Assembly (NCBI RefSeq): GCF_009914755.1
Contig: NC_060933.1
Length of the DNA stretch: 64,000 nt
DNA from: the human T2T-CHM13v2.0 reference genome, Homo sapiens
Direction: 5' to 3' (one strand)
Shown here one piece after another: positions 1 to 12,599 of the stretch. The notes under the pieces are model-generated. The model saw only the letters and a program-made list of their open reading frames with translations, did not search any database and had not been told where the DNA came from. The number at the start of each line of letters is the position of its first letter. Within the stretch, counting starts at the first letter, position 1. The position numbers and the translations under genes were made by a program.

Positions 1-660
1 GTTCCGAGTGGAATAGCAGGGAATGTATTCGAGTGGAATGGAAAGGAATGGAATCAACCAGAGTGGAATGGAAGGGAATGGAATGGAATGGAAAATAATA
101 GAATGGAATCAACCCGAGTGGAATGGAATGGAAAGGACTGGAATGGAATGGAATGGAATGGAATCAACTCGATTGTAATGGAATGGAGTGGAATGGAATG
201 GAATGGAATGGAATGGAATGGAATGGAATTAACCCGAATACACTGGAATGGAATGGAATGGAACGGAATGGAGTGGAATGGAATGGAATCAACCCGAGTG
301 CAGGGGAATGGAATGGAATGGAATGCAATGGAATGGAATCATCCGGAATGGAATGGAATGGAATGGAATGCAAAGCAATGGAATCAACTCGATTGCAATG
401 GAATGGAATGGAATGGAAAGGAATACATTGGAATCAACCCGAGTGGAATGGAATGGAAAGGACTGGAATGGAGTGGAATGGAATGGAATGGAATGGAATG
501 GAATCAACTCGATTGGAATGGAATGGAATGGAATGGAATGGAATTAACCCGAATAGAATGGAATGGAATGGAATGGAACGGAACTGAATGGAATGGAATG
601 GAATGGAATTGAATGGAATGGAATGGAATGGAATCAACCCGACTGCAGGGGAATGGAATG
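1..660 (+). repeat. Module X (landmark module): CG(T/C)TC(C/T)GA(G/A)TGGAATAGGAGGGAATGT(A/G)TTCGAGT ... AAACTAATAG ... AAAGGACTGG ... GCAAAGCAAT ... GGAATACATT ... CAACCCGACTGCAGGG; representative copy
   Basis: Landmark seen at about 1, 3538, 7734, 11713, 16301, 19103, 21114, 22868, 25110, 26864, 29421, 31907, 34282, 38654, 41451, 43482, 45251, 46571, 49113, 50087, 52889, 54915, 56679, 57999, 59324, 61866 and 62636 (27 copies). Confidence 0.9.
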
Positions 661-877
661 GAATGGAAGGCAATGGAATGGATTCAACTTGAATGGAATG
701 GAAAGAATGGAATCAACACGAGTGGAATGGCATGGATTGGAATGGAATGGAATGGAATCAACCCGAGTACAGGGGAATGGAATGGAATGGAATGCAATGG
801 AATGGAATCATCCGTAATGGAATGGAAAGGAATGGAATGGAATGGAATGGAATGGAATGGAATGGAATGGAATCAAC

Positions 878-891
878 TCGATTGCAATCGA
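878..891. repeat. Perfect 14-bp palindrome TCGATTGCAATCGA; first of about 33 copies
   Basis: The sequence equals its reverse complement. It recurs in module Y (2729, 4126, 4979, 6481, 8667, 9840, 10843, 12556, 13479 ... 60198, 63419). Confidence 0.85.
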
Positions 892-2120
892 ATGCAATGG
901 AATGGAATTAACCCGAATAGAATGGAATGGAATGGAATGGAACAGAACGGAACGGAACGGAACGGAACAGAGTGGAATGGAATGGAATGGAATTGTATGG
1001 AATGGAATGGCATGGTACGGAATAGAATGGAATGGAAAGAATTGGAATGGAATGGAATCGAATGGAATGGAATGGAATGGAATGGAATCAACCCGAGTGC
1101 AGGGGAATGTAATGGAACGGAATGCAATGGAATGGAATCATCCGGAATGGAATGGAATGGAATGGAACGGAGTGGAATGGAATGGAATGCAATCAACCCG
1201 AATGCAATGGAATGGAGTGGAATGGAATGGAATCGAATGGAACAACCCGAATGGAATGGAATGTAATGGCGAGTAAGGGAGTTGAATAGAATCAATACGA
1301 ATGGAATGGAATGGAATGGAATGGAATGGAATGCAATGGAATGGAATGCAATGGAATGGAATCAACCCGAGTACAATGGAACGGAATAGAATGGAATGTA
1401 ATGTAATGGAATGGAATGGAATGGAATGGAATGGAATGGAATCAACCCGAGTGCATTGGAATGGAGAGGAATGGAATGGAATGGAATGGAAACTACCCGA
1501 ATGGAATGGAATGTAATGGAGTGTAAGGGAATTTAATAGAATCAATCCGAATGTAATGGAATGGAATGGAACGGAATGGAATGGAATGGAATGGAATGGA
1601 ATGGAATGGAATGAAATGGAATCAACCCGAGTGCAATCGAATGGAATCGAATGGAATGGAATGCAATGGAATGGATTCAACTTGAATGGAATGGAAAGAA
1701 TGGAATCAACACGAGTGGAATGGCATGGATTGGAATGGAATGGAATGGAATCAACCCGAGTACAGGGGAATGGAATGGAATGGAATGCAATGGAATGGAA
1801 TCATCCGTAATGGAATGGAAAGGAATGGAATGGAATGGAATGGAATGGAATGGAATGGAATGGAATCTACTCCATTGCAATCGAATGGAATGGAATGGAA
1901 TTAACCCGAATAGAATGGAATGGAATGGAATGGAACGGAACGGAATGGAGTGGAATGGAATGGAATGGAATGGAATGGAACGGAAAGGAAGGGAATGGAA
2001 TGGAATAGAATGGAATGGAATGGAATCAACGCGAGTGCAGGGGAATGGAATGGAATGGAATGCAATGGAATGGAATCTTCCGGAGTGGAATGGAATGGAA
2101 TGGAATGGAATGGAATGGAA

Positions 2121-2410
2121 TCAACCCGAGTGCAATGGAATGGAGTGGAATGGAATGGAATGGAATGGAACAACCCGAATGGAATGGAATGTAATGGAGA
2201 GTAAGGGAGTTGATTAGAATCAATCCGAATGTAATGGAATGGAATGGAACGGAATGGAATTGAATGGAATGGAATGGAATGCAATGGAATGGAATCAACC
2301 CGAGTGAAATGGAATGGAGAGGAATGGAATGGAATGGAATGGAAACTACCCGAATGGAATGTAATGGAGTGTAAGGGAATTGAATAGAATCAATCCGAAT
2401 GTAATGGAAT
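2121..2410 (+). repeat. Modules Z and Z': GGAACAACCCGAAT...GGAGAGTAAGGGAGTTGA(A/T)TAGAATCAATCCGAAT and paralog AAACTACCCGAAT...GGAGTGTAAGGGAATTGAATAGAATCAATCCGAAT; representative adjacent pair
   Basis: Two related ~170-180 bp blocks, often adjacent (2171-2230 and 2341-2400; 4421-4480 and 4597-4655; 12913-12975 and 13086-13150), recurring across the window. Confidence 0.85.
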
Positions 2411-3188
2411 GGAATGGAACGGAATGGAATGGAATGGAATGGAATGGAATGGAATGGAATGCAATGGAATGGAATCAACCCGAGTGCAATCGAATGGAAT
2501 CGAATGGAATGGAATGCAATGGAATGGATTCAACTTGAATGAAATGGAAAGAATGGAATCAACAAGAGTGGAATGGCATGGATTGGAATGGAATGGAATG
2601 GAATCAACCCGAGTACAGGGGAATGGAATGGAATGGAATGCAATGGAATGGAATCATCCGTAATGGAATGGAAAGGAATGGAATGGAATGGAATGGAATG
2701 CAGTGGAATGGAATGGAATGGAATCAACTCGATTGCAATCGAATGGAATGGATTGGAATTAACCCGAATAGAATGGAATGGAATGGAATGGAACGGAACG
2801 GAACGGAACGCAATGGAATGGAATGGAATGGAATTGTATGGAATGGAATGGAATGGTACGGAATTGAATGTAATGGAATGGAATCAACCCGAGTGCAGGC
2901 GAATGTAATGGAACGGAATGCAATGGAATGGAATCATCCGGAATGGAATGGAATGGAATGGAATGGAATGGAATGGAATGGAATGGAATCAACCCGAGCG
3001 CAATGGAATGGAGTTGAATGGAATGGAATGGAATGGAACAACCCGAATGGAATGGAATGTAATGGAGAGTAAGGGAGTTGAGTAGAATCAATCCGAATGT
3101 AATGGAATGGAACGGAATGGAATGGAATGGAATGGAATGGAATGGAATGCAATAGAATGGAATCAACCCGAGTTCAATGGAACGGAAT

Positions 3189-3213
3189 GTAATGTAATGT
3201 AATGTAATGTAAC
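3189..3213 (+). repeat. Local variant-pentamer run (GTAAT)4GTAAC
   Basis: gtaatgtaatgtaatgtaatgtaac read directly; the longest GTAAT run I noticed. Confidence 0.85.
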
Positions 3214-3922
3214 GGAATGGAATGGAATGGAATGCAATCAACCCGAGTGCAATGGAATGGAGAGGAATGGAATGGAATGGAATGCAATGGAATGGAATCA
3301 TCCGTAATGGAATGGAAAGAATGGAATGGAATGGAATGGAATGGAATGGAATGGAATGGAATGGAATCAACACGATTGCAATCGAATGGAATGGAGTGGA
3401 ATTAACCCGAATAGAATGGAATGGAATGGAATGGAACGGAACGGAATGGAATAGAATGGAATGGAATGGAATGGAACGGAACGGAACGGAACGGAATGGA
3501 AAGGAATGGAATGGAATGGAATGGAATGGAATGGAATCGTTCTGAGTGGAATAGGAGGGAATGTATTCGAGTGGAATGGAAAGGAATGGAATCAACCAGA
3601 GTGGAATGGAAGGGAATGGAATGGAATGGAAACTAATAGAATGGAATCAACCCGAGTGGAATGGAATGGAAAGGACTGGAATGGAGTGGAATGGAATGGA
3701 ATCAACTCGATTGTAATGGAATGGAATGGAATGGAATGGAATGGAATGGAATGGAATGGAATTAACCCGAATACAATGGAATGGAATGGAATGGAACGGA
3801 ATGGAGTGGAATGGAATGGAATCAACCTGAGTGCAGGGGAATGGAATGGAATGGAATGCAATGGAATGGAATCAACCCGAGTGCAATCAAATGGAATCGA
3901 ATGGAATGGAATGCAATGGAAT

Positions 3923-4350
3923 GGATTCAACTTGAATGGAATGGAAAGAATGGAATCAACACGAGTGGAATGGCACGGATTGGAATGGAATGGAATGTAA
4001 TCAACCCGAGTATAGGGGAATGGAATGGAATGGAATGCAATGGAATGGAATCATCCGTAATGGAATGGAAAGGAATGGAATGGAATGGAATGGAATGGAA
4101 TGGAATGGAATGGAATGGAATCAACTCGATTGCAATCGAATGGAATGGAATGGAATTAACCCGAATAGAATGGAATGGAATGGAATGGAAAGGAACGGAA
4201 TGGAATGGAATGGAATGGAATGGAATGGAATGGAATGGAAGGGAAAGGAAGGGAATGGAATGGAATAGAATGGAATGGAATGGAATCAACGCGAGTGCAG
4301 GGGAATGGAATGGAATGGAATGAAATGGAATGGAATCTTCCGGAATGGAA
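3923..4350 (+). repeat. Module Y: GGATTCAACTTGAAT-GGAAAGAAT-CAACACGAGT-GGCA(T/C)GGATT-CAACCCGAGTA(C/T)AGGG-CATCCGT-CAACTCGATTGCAATCG-TAACCCGAATAG-CAACGCGAGTGCAGGG-CTTCCGG; representative copy
   Basis: The same ordered words recur at about 680, 1673, 2526, 3923, 4786, 6238, 9652, 10650, 12368, 13276, 15173, 16956, 18104, 20057 and onward to 63231. The ORF track shows the module as recurring MEWKEWNQHEWNGMDW starts. Confidence 0.88.
4332..4346. promoter_or_regulatory. Perfect heat-shock-element consensus match nGAAnnTTCnnGAAn (GGAATCTTCCGGAAT); first intact copy of about 44
   Basis: gGAAtcTTCcgGAAt matches three alternating nGAAn units exactly. Binding by HSF1 is inferred, not shown. Confidence 0.6.
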
Positions 4351-7300
4351 TGGAATGGAATGGAATGGAATCAACCCGAGTGCAATGGAATGGAGTGGAA
4401 TGGAATGGAATGGAATGGAACAACCCGAATGGAATGGAATGTAATGGAGAGTAAGGGAGTTGAATAGAATCAATCCTAATATAATGGAATGGAATGGAAC
4501 GGAATGGAATTGAATGGAATGGAATGGAATGCAATGGAATGGAATCAACCCGAGTGCAATGGAATGGAGAGGAATGGAATGGAATGGAATGGAATGGAAA
4601 CTACCCGAATGGAATGTAATGGAGTGTAAGGGAATTGTATAGAATCAATCCGAATGTAATGTAATGGAATGGAACGGAATGGAATGGAATGGAATGGAAT
4701 GGAATGGAATGGAATGGAATGCAATGGAATGGAATCAACCCGAGTGCAATCAAATGGAATGGAATGGAATGGAATGCAATGGAATGGATTCAACTTGAAT
4801 GGAATGGAAAGAATGGAATCAACACGAGTGGAATGGCATGGATTGGAATGGAATGGAATGGAATCAACCCGAGTAGAGGGGAATGGAATGGAATGGAATG
4901 CAATGGAATGGAATCATCCGTAATGGAATGGAAAGGAATGGAATGGAATGGAATGGAATGGAATGGAATGGAATCAACTCGATTGCAATCGAATGGAATG
5001 GAATGGAATTAACCCGAATAGAATGGAATGGAATGGAACGGAACAGAACGGAATTTAATGGAATGGAATGGAATGGAACGGAATGGAATGGAATGGAATC
5101 AACGCGAGTGCAGGGGAATGGAATGGAATGGAATGCAATGGAATGGAATCTTCCGGAATGGAATGGAATGGAATGGAATGGAATGAAATGCAATGGATTC
5201 AACTCGATTGCAATGGAATGGAATAGAATGGAATGGAATAGAATGGAATGGAATTAATCCGAATAGAATGGAATGGAATGCAATGGAACGGAATGGAACG
5301 AAATGGAATGGAATGGAATGGAATGGAATGCTATGGAATGGAATGGAATGGTATGGAATAGAATGGAATGGAACGAATTGTAATGGAATGGAATTGAATG
5401 GAATGGAATGGAATGGAATGGAATCAACGCGAGTGCAGGGGAATGTAATGGAAAGAATGCAATGGAATGGAATCATCCGGAATGGAATGGAATGGAATGG
5501 AATGGAATGGAATGGAATCAACCCGAGTGCAATGGAATGGAGTGGAATGGAATGGAATGGAACAACCCTAATGGAATGGAATGTAATGGAGAGTAAGGGA
5601 GTTGAATAGAATCAATCCGAATGTAATTGAATGGAATGCTACGGAATGGAATGGAATGGAATGGAATGGAATGCAATGGAATTGAATCAACCCGAGTACA
5701 ATGGAATAGAATGGAATGGAATGGAATGCAATGGAATTGAATCAACCCGAGTACAATGAAATGGAATGGAATGGAATGGAAACTACCCGAATGGAATGGA
5801 ATGTAATGGAGTGTAAGGGAATTGAATAGAATCAATCTGAATGGAATGGAATGGAATGGAATGGAACGGAATGTAATGGAATGGAATGGAATGGAATCAA
5901 CCCGAGTGCAGGGGAATGGAATGGAATGGAATGCAATGGAATGGAATCATCCGGAATGGAATGGAATGGAATGCAATGGAATGGAATGGAATGGAATCAA
6001 CCCGAGTGCAATGGAATGGAGTGAAATGGAATGGAATGGAATGGAAACAACCAGAATGGATTGGAATATAATGGAGTGTAAGGGAATTGAATAGAATCAA
6101 TCTGAATGTAATGAAATGGAATGGAACGGAATGGAATGGAATGGAATGGAATGGAATGGAATGGAATGGAATGCAATGGAATGGAATCAACCCGAGTGCA
6201 ATCGAATGGAATCGAATGGAATGGAATGCAATGGAATGGATTCAACTTGAATGGAAAGGAAAGAATGGAATCAACACGAGTGGAATGGCATGGATTGGAA
6301 TGGAATGGAATGGAATCAACCCGAGTACAGGGGAATGGAATGGAATGGAATGCAATAGAATGGAATCATCAGTAATGGAATGGAAAGGAATGGAAAGGAC
6401 TGGAATGGAATGGAATGTAATGGAATGGAATGGAATCAACACGATTGCAATCGAATGGAATGGAATGGAATGGAATCAACTCGATTGCAATCGAATGGAA
6501 TGGAATGGAATTCACCCGAATAGAATGGAATGGAATGGAATGGAACGGAACGGAATGGAATGGAATGGAATGGAAAGGAACGGAAAGGAATGGAATGGAA
6601 TGGAATGGAATGGAATGGAATGGAATCAACGCGAGTGTAGGGGAATGGAATGGAATCGAATGGAATGGAAAGGAATGGAATGGAATCAACCCGAGTGCAG
6701 GGGAATGTAATGGAACGGAATGCAGTGGAATGGAATCATCCGGAATGGAATGGAATGGAATCAACCCGAGTGCAATGGAATGGAGTGGAATGGAATGGAA
6801 TGGAATGGAACAACCCGAATGGAATGGAATGTAATGGAGAGTAAGGGAGTTGAAAAGAATCAATCCGAATGTAATGGAATGGAATGGAACGGAATGGAAT
6901 GGAATGGAATGGAATGCAATGGAATGGAATCAACCCGAGTACAATGGAATGGAATGGAATGGAATGGAATGGAATGGAATGGAATGGAATGGAATGGAAT
7001 GCAATGGAATGGAATCCTCCGGAATGGAATGGAATGGAATGGAATGGAATGGAATGGAATGGAATGCAATGGATGCAACTCGATTGTAATGGAATGGAAT
7101 AGAATGGAATGGAATGGAATGGAATGGAATGGAATGGAATGGAATTAAACCGAATAGAATGGAATGGAATGGAACGGAACAGAACGGAACGGAACGGAAC
7201 GGAGTGGAATGGAATGGAATGGAATTGTATGGAATGGAATGGAATGGTACGGAATAGAATGGAATGGAAAAATTGGAATGGAATGGAATCGAATGGAATG

Positions 7301-10300
7301 GAATGGAATGGAATGGAATCAACCCGAGTGCAGGGGAATGTAATGGAACGGAATGCAATGGAATGGAATCATCCGGAATGGAGTGGAATGGAATGGAATG
7401 GAATGGAATGGAATGGAATGCAATCAACCCGAACGCAATGGAATGGAGTGGAATGGAATGGAATGGAATGGAACAACCCGAATGGAATGGAATGTAATGG
7501 AGAGTACGGGAGTTGAATAGAATCAATCCGAATGTAATGGAATGGAACGGAATGGACTGGAATGGAATGGAATGGAATGGAACGGAATGGAAGGGAATGG
7601 AATGGAATGGAAACAACCCGACTGCAGGGGAATGGAATAGAATGGAATGGAATGGAATGATACGGAATAGAATGGAATGGAACGAAATGGAATGGAATGG
7701 AATGGAATGGAATGGAATGGAATGGAATGGAATCGTTCCGAGTGGAATAGGAGGGAATGTATTCGAGTGGAATGGAAAGGAATGGAATCAACCAGAGTGG
7801 AATGGAAGGGAATGGAATGGAATGGAAACTAATAGAATGGAATCAACCCGAGTGGAATGGAATGGAAAGGACTGGAATGGAATGGAATGGAATGGAATCA
7901 ACGCGATTGTAATGGAATGCAATGGAATGGAATGGAATGGAATGGAATGGAATGGAATGGAATTAACCCGAATACAATGCAATGGAATGGAATGGAACGG
8001 AATGGAGTGGAATGGAATGGAATCAACCCGAGTGCAGGGGAATGGAATGGAATGGAATGCAATGGAATGGAATCATCCGGAATGGAATGGAATGGAATGG
8101 AATGCAAAGCAATGGAATCAACTCGATTGCAATGGAATGGAATGGAATGGAAAGGAATACATTGGAATCAACCCGAGTGGAATGGAATGGAAAGGACTGG
8201 AATGGAGTGGAATGGAATGGAATGGAATGGAATGGAATGGAATGGAATGGAATCAACTCGATTGGAATGGAATGGAATCGAATGGAATGGAATGGAATGG
8301 AATGGAATTAACCCGAATAGAATGGAATGGAATGGAATGGAACGGAACGGAACGGAATGGAATGGAATGGAATGGAATGGAATGGAATGGAATGGAATGG
8401 AAACAACCCGACAGCAGGGGAATGGAATGGAATGGAATGGAAACAACCCGACTGCAAGGGAATGGAATGGAATGGAATGCAAAGGAATGGATTCAAATTG
8501 AATGAAATGGAAAGAATGGAATCAACACGAGTGGAATGGCATGGATTGGAATGGAATGGAATGGAATCAACCCGAGTACAGGGGAATGGAATGGAATGGA
8601 ATGCAATGGAATGGAATCATCCATAATGGAATGGAAAGGAATGGAATGGAATGGAATGGAATCAACTCGATTGCAATCGAACGGAATGGAATGGAATTAA
8701 CCCGAAGAGAATGGAATGGAATGGAATGGAACGGAACGGAACGGAATGGAATGGATTGGAATGGAATGGAATGGAATGGAATGGAACGGAAAGGAATGGA
8801 ATGGAATGGAATGGAATGGAATGGAATGGAATGGAATGGAATGGAATCAACGCGAGTGCAGGGGAATGGAATGGAATGGAATGCAATGGAATGGAATCTT
8901 CCGGAATGGAATGGAATGGAATGCAATGGAATGGAATGGAATGGAATCAACCCGAGTGCAATTGAAAGGAGTGGAATGGAATGGAATGGAATGGAACAAC
9001 CCGAATGGAATGGAATGTAATGGAGAGTAAGGGAGTTGAATAGAATCAATCCGAATGTAATGGAATGGAATGCAACGGAATGGAATGGAATGGAATGGAA
9101 TGGAATGGAATGGAATTGAATCAACCCGAGTACAATGGAATAGAATGGAATGGAATGGAATGCAATGGAATGGAATAGAATGATACGGAATAAAATGGAA
9201 TGGAACGAAATGGAATGGAATGGAATGGAATGGAATGGAATGGAATGGAATGGAATGGAATCAACCCGAGTGCAGGGGAATGGAATTGAATGGAATGCAA
9301 TGGAATGGAATCATCCGGAATGGAATGGAATGGAATGGAATGCAAAGCAATGGAATCAACTCGATTGCAATGGAATGGAATGGAATGGAAAGGAATACAT
9401 TGGAATCAACCCGAGTGGAATGGAATGGAAAGGACTGGAATGGAGTGGAATGGAATGGAATGGAATGGAATGGAATCAACTCGATTGGAATGTAATGGAA
9501 TGGAATGGAATGGAATTAACCCGAATAGAATGGAATGGAATGGAATGCAACGGAACGGAATGGAATGGAATGGAATGGAATGGAATGGAATGGAATGGAA
9601 TGGAATCAACCCGACTGCAGGGGAATGGAATGGAATGGAAGGCAATGGAATGGATTCAACTTGAATGGAATGGAAAGAATGGAATCAACACGAGTGGAAT
9701 GGCATGGATTGGAATGGAATGGAATGGAATCAACCCGAGTACAGGGGAATGGAATGGAATGGAATGCAATGGAATGGAATCATCCGTAATGGAATGGAAA
9801 GGAATGGAATGGAATGGAATGGAATGGAATGGAATCAACTCGATTGCAATCGAATGGAATGGAATGGAATTAACCCGAATAGAATGGAATGGAATGGAAT
9901 GGAATGGAACGGAACGGAACGGAACGGAACGGAGTGGAATGGAATGGAATGGAATTGTATGGAATGGAATGGCATGGTACGGAATAGAATGGAATGGAAA
10001 GAATTGGAATGGAATGGAATCGAATGGAATGGAATGGAATCAACCCGAGTGCAGGGGAATGTAATGGAACGGAATGCAATGGAATGGAATCATCCGGAAT
10101 GGAATGGATTAGAATGGAATGGAATGGAATGGAATAGAATGGAATCAACCCGAGTGCAATGGAATGGAGTGGAATGGAATGGAACAACCAGAATGGAATG
10201 GAATGTAATGGAGAGTAAGGGAGTTGAATAGAATCAATCCGAATGTAATGAAATGGAACGGAATGGAATGGAATGGAATGGAATGGAATGGAATGGAATG

Positions 10301-12599
10301 GAATGCAATGGAATGGAATCAACCCGAGTACAATGGAACGGAATGGAATGGAATGGAATGGAATGGAATGGAATGGAATGGAATGGAATGGAATGGAATG
10401 GAATCAACCCGAGTGCAATGGAATGGAGAGGAATGGAATGGAATGGAATGGAAACTACCCGAATGGAATGGAATGTAATGGAGTGTAAGGGAATTGAATA
10501 GAATCAATCCGAATGTAATGGAATGGAATGGAACGGAATGGAATGGAATGGAATGGAATGGAATGGAATGGAATGGAATGGAATGCAATGGAATGGAATC
10601 AACCCGAGCGCAATCGAATGGAATCGAATGGAATGGAATGCAATGGAATGGATTCAACTTGAATGGAATGGAAAGAATGGAATCAACACGAGTGGAATGG
10701 CATGGATTGGAATGGAATGGAATGGAATCAACCCGAGTACAGGGGAATGGAATGGATTGCAATGCAATGGAATGGAATCATCCGTAATGGAATGGAAAGG
10801 AATGGAATGGAATGGAATGGAATGGAATGGAATGGAATCAACTCGATTGCAATCGAATGGAATGGGATGGAATTAACCCGAATAGAATGGAATGGAATGG
10901 AACGGAACGGAACGGAACGGAATGGAATGGAATGGAATGGAATGGAATGGAACGGAACGGAATGGAATGGAATGGAATGGAATGGAATCAACGCGAGTGC
11001 AGGGGAATGGAATGGAATGGAATGCAATGGAATGGAATCTTCCGGAATGGAATGGAATGGAATGGAATGGAATGAAATGCAATGGATTCAACTCGATTGC
11101 AATGGAATGGAATAGAATGGAATGGAATGGAATGGAATGGAATTAATTCGAATAGAATGGAATGGAATGGAATGGAACGGAATGGAACGGAATGGAATGG
11201 AATGCAATGGAATGGAATGGAATGGTACGGAATAGAATGGAATGGAACGAATTGTAATGGAATGGAATGGAATGGAATGGAATGGAATGGAATGGAAAGG
11301 AATCAACGCGAGTGCAGGGGAATGTAATAGAACGGAATGCAATGGAATGGAATCATCCGGAATGGAATGGAATGGAATGGAATGGAATGGAATGGAATGG
11401 AATGGAATGGAATCAACCCGAGTGCAATGGAATGGAGTGGAATGGAATGGAATGGAATGGAACAACCCGAATGGAATGGAATGTAATGGAGAGTAAGGGA
11501 GTTGAATAGAATCAATCCGAATGTAATGGAATGGAATGCAACGGAATGGAATGGAATGGAATGGAATGGAATGCAATGGAATTGAAACAACTCGAGTACA
11601 ATGGAATGGAATGGAATGGAATGGAATGGAATGGAATGGAATGGAATGATACGGAATAGAATGGAATGGAACGAAATGGAATGGAATGGAATGGAATGGA
11701 ATGGAATGGAATCGTTCCGAGTTGAATAGGAGGGAATGTATTCGAGTGGAATGGAAAGGAATGGAATCAACCAGAGTGGAATGGAAGGGAATGGAATGGA
11801 ATGGAAACTAATAGAATGGAATCAACCCGAGAGGAATGGAATGGAAAGGACTGGAATGGAATGGAATGGAATGGAATCAACTCGATTGTAATGGAATGGA
11901 ATGGAATGGAATGGAATGGAATTAACCCGAATACAATGCAATGGAATGGAATGGAACGGAATGGAGTGGAGTGGAATGGAATCAACCCGAGTGCAGGGGA
12001 ATGGAATGGAATGGAATGCAATGGAATGGAATCATCCGGAATGGAATGGAATTGAATGGAATGCAAAGCAATGGAATCAACTCGATTGCAATGGAATGGA
12101 ATGGAATGGAAAGGAATACATTGGAATCAAACCGAGTGGAATGGAATGGAAAGGACTGGAATGGAGTGGAATGGAATGGAATGGAATGGAATGGAATCAA
12201 CTCGATTGGAATGGAATGGAATGGAATGGAATGGAATTAACCCGAATAGAATGGAATGGAATGGAATGGAACGGAACGGAATGAAATGGAATCGAATGGA
12301 ATGGAATGGAATGGAATGGAAACAACCCGACTGCAGGGGAATGGAATGGAATGGAATGCAATGGAATGGATTCAACTTGAATGGAATGGAAAGAATGGAA
12401 TCAACACGGGTGCAATGGCATGGATTGGAATGGAATGGAATGGAATCAACCCGAGTACAGGGGAATGGAATGGAATGGAATGAAATGGAATGGAATCATC
12501 CGTAATGGAATGGAAAGGAATGGAATGGAATGGAATGGAATGGAATGGAATCAACTCGATTGCAATCGAATGGAATGGAATGGAATTAACCCGAATAGA

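Noticed and set aside
133-142. GGACT (DRACH m6A consensus) in AAAGGACTGG of module X
   Set aside because: It is a 5-mer one substitution from GGAAT, and the sequence alone gives no support for function.
300-310. GGGGAAT as an NF-kB site or G-quadruplex seed
   Set aside because: The YYCC half-site is missing, and runs of three or more G are isolated, generally tens to hundreds of bp apart.
2198-2210. Splice-donor-like AGA|GTAAGG and telomere-like TAAGGG in module Z
   Set aside because: These are short matches. The + strand has no polypyrimidine tract or acceptor, and TAAGGG is never tandem.
2211-2225. DUX4-like TGATTAGAATC and GAATTGAATCA words
   Set aside because: They do not match the TAA-N3-AATCA consensus fully, and the DUX4 association I know of concerns HSat2.
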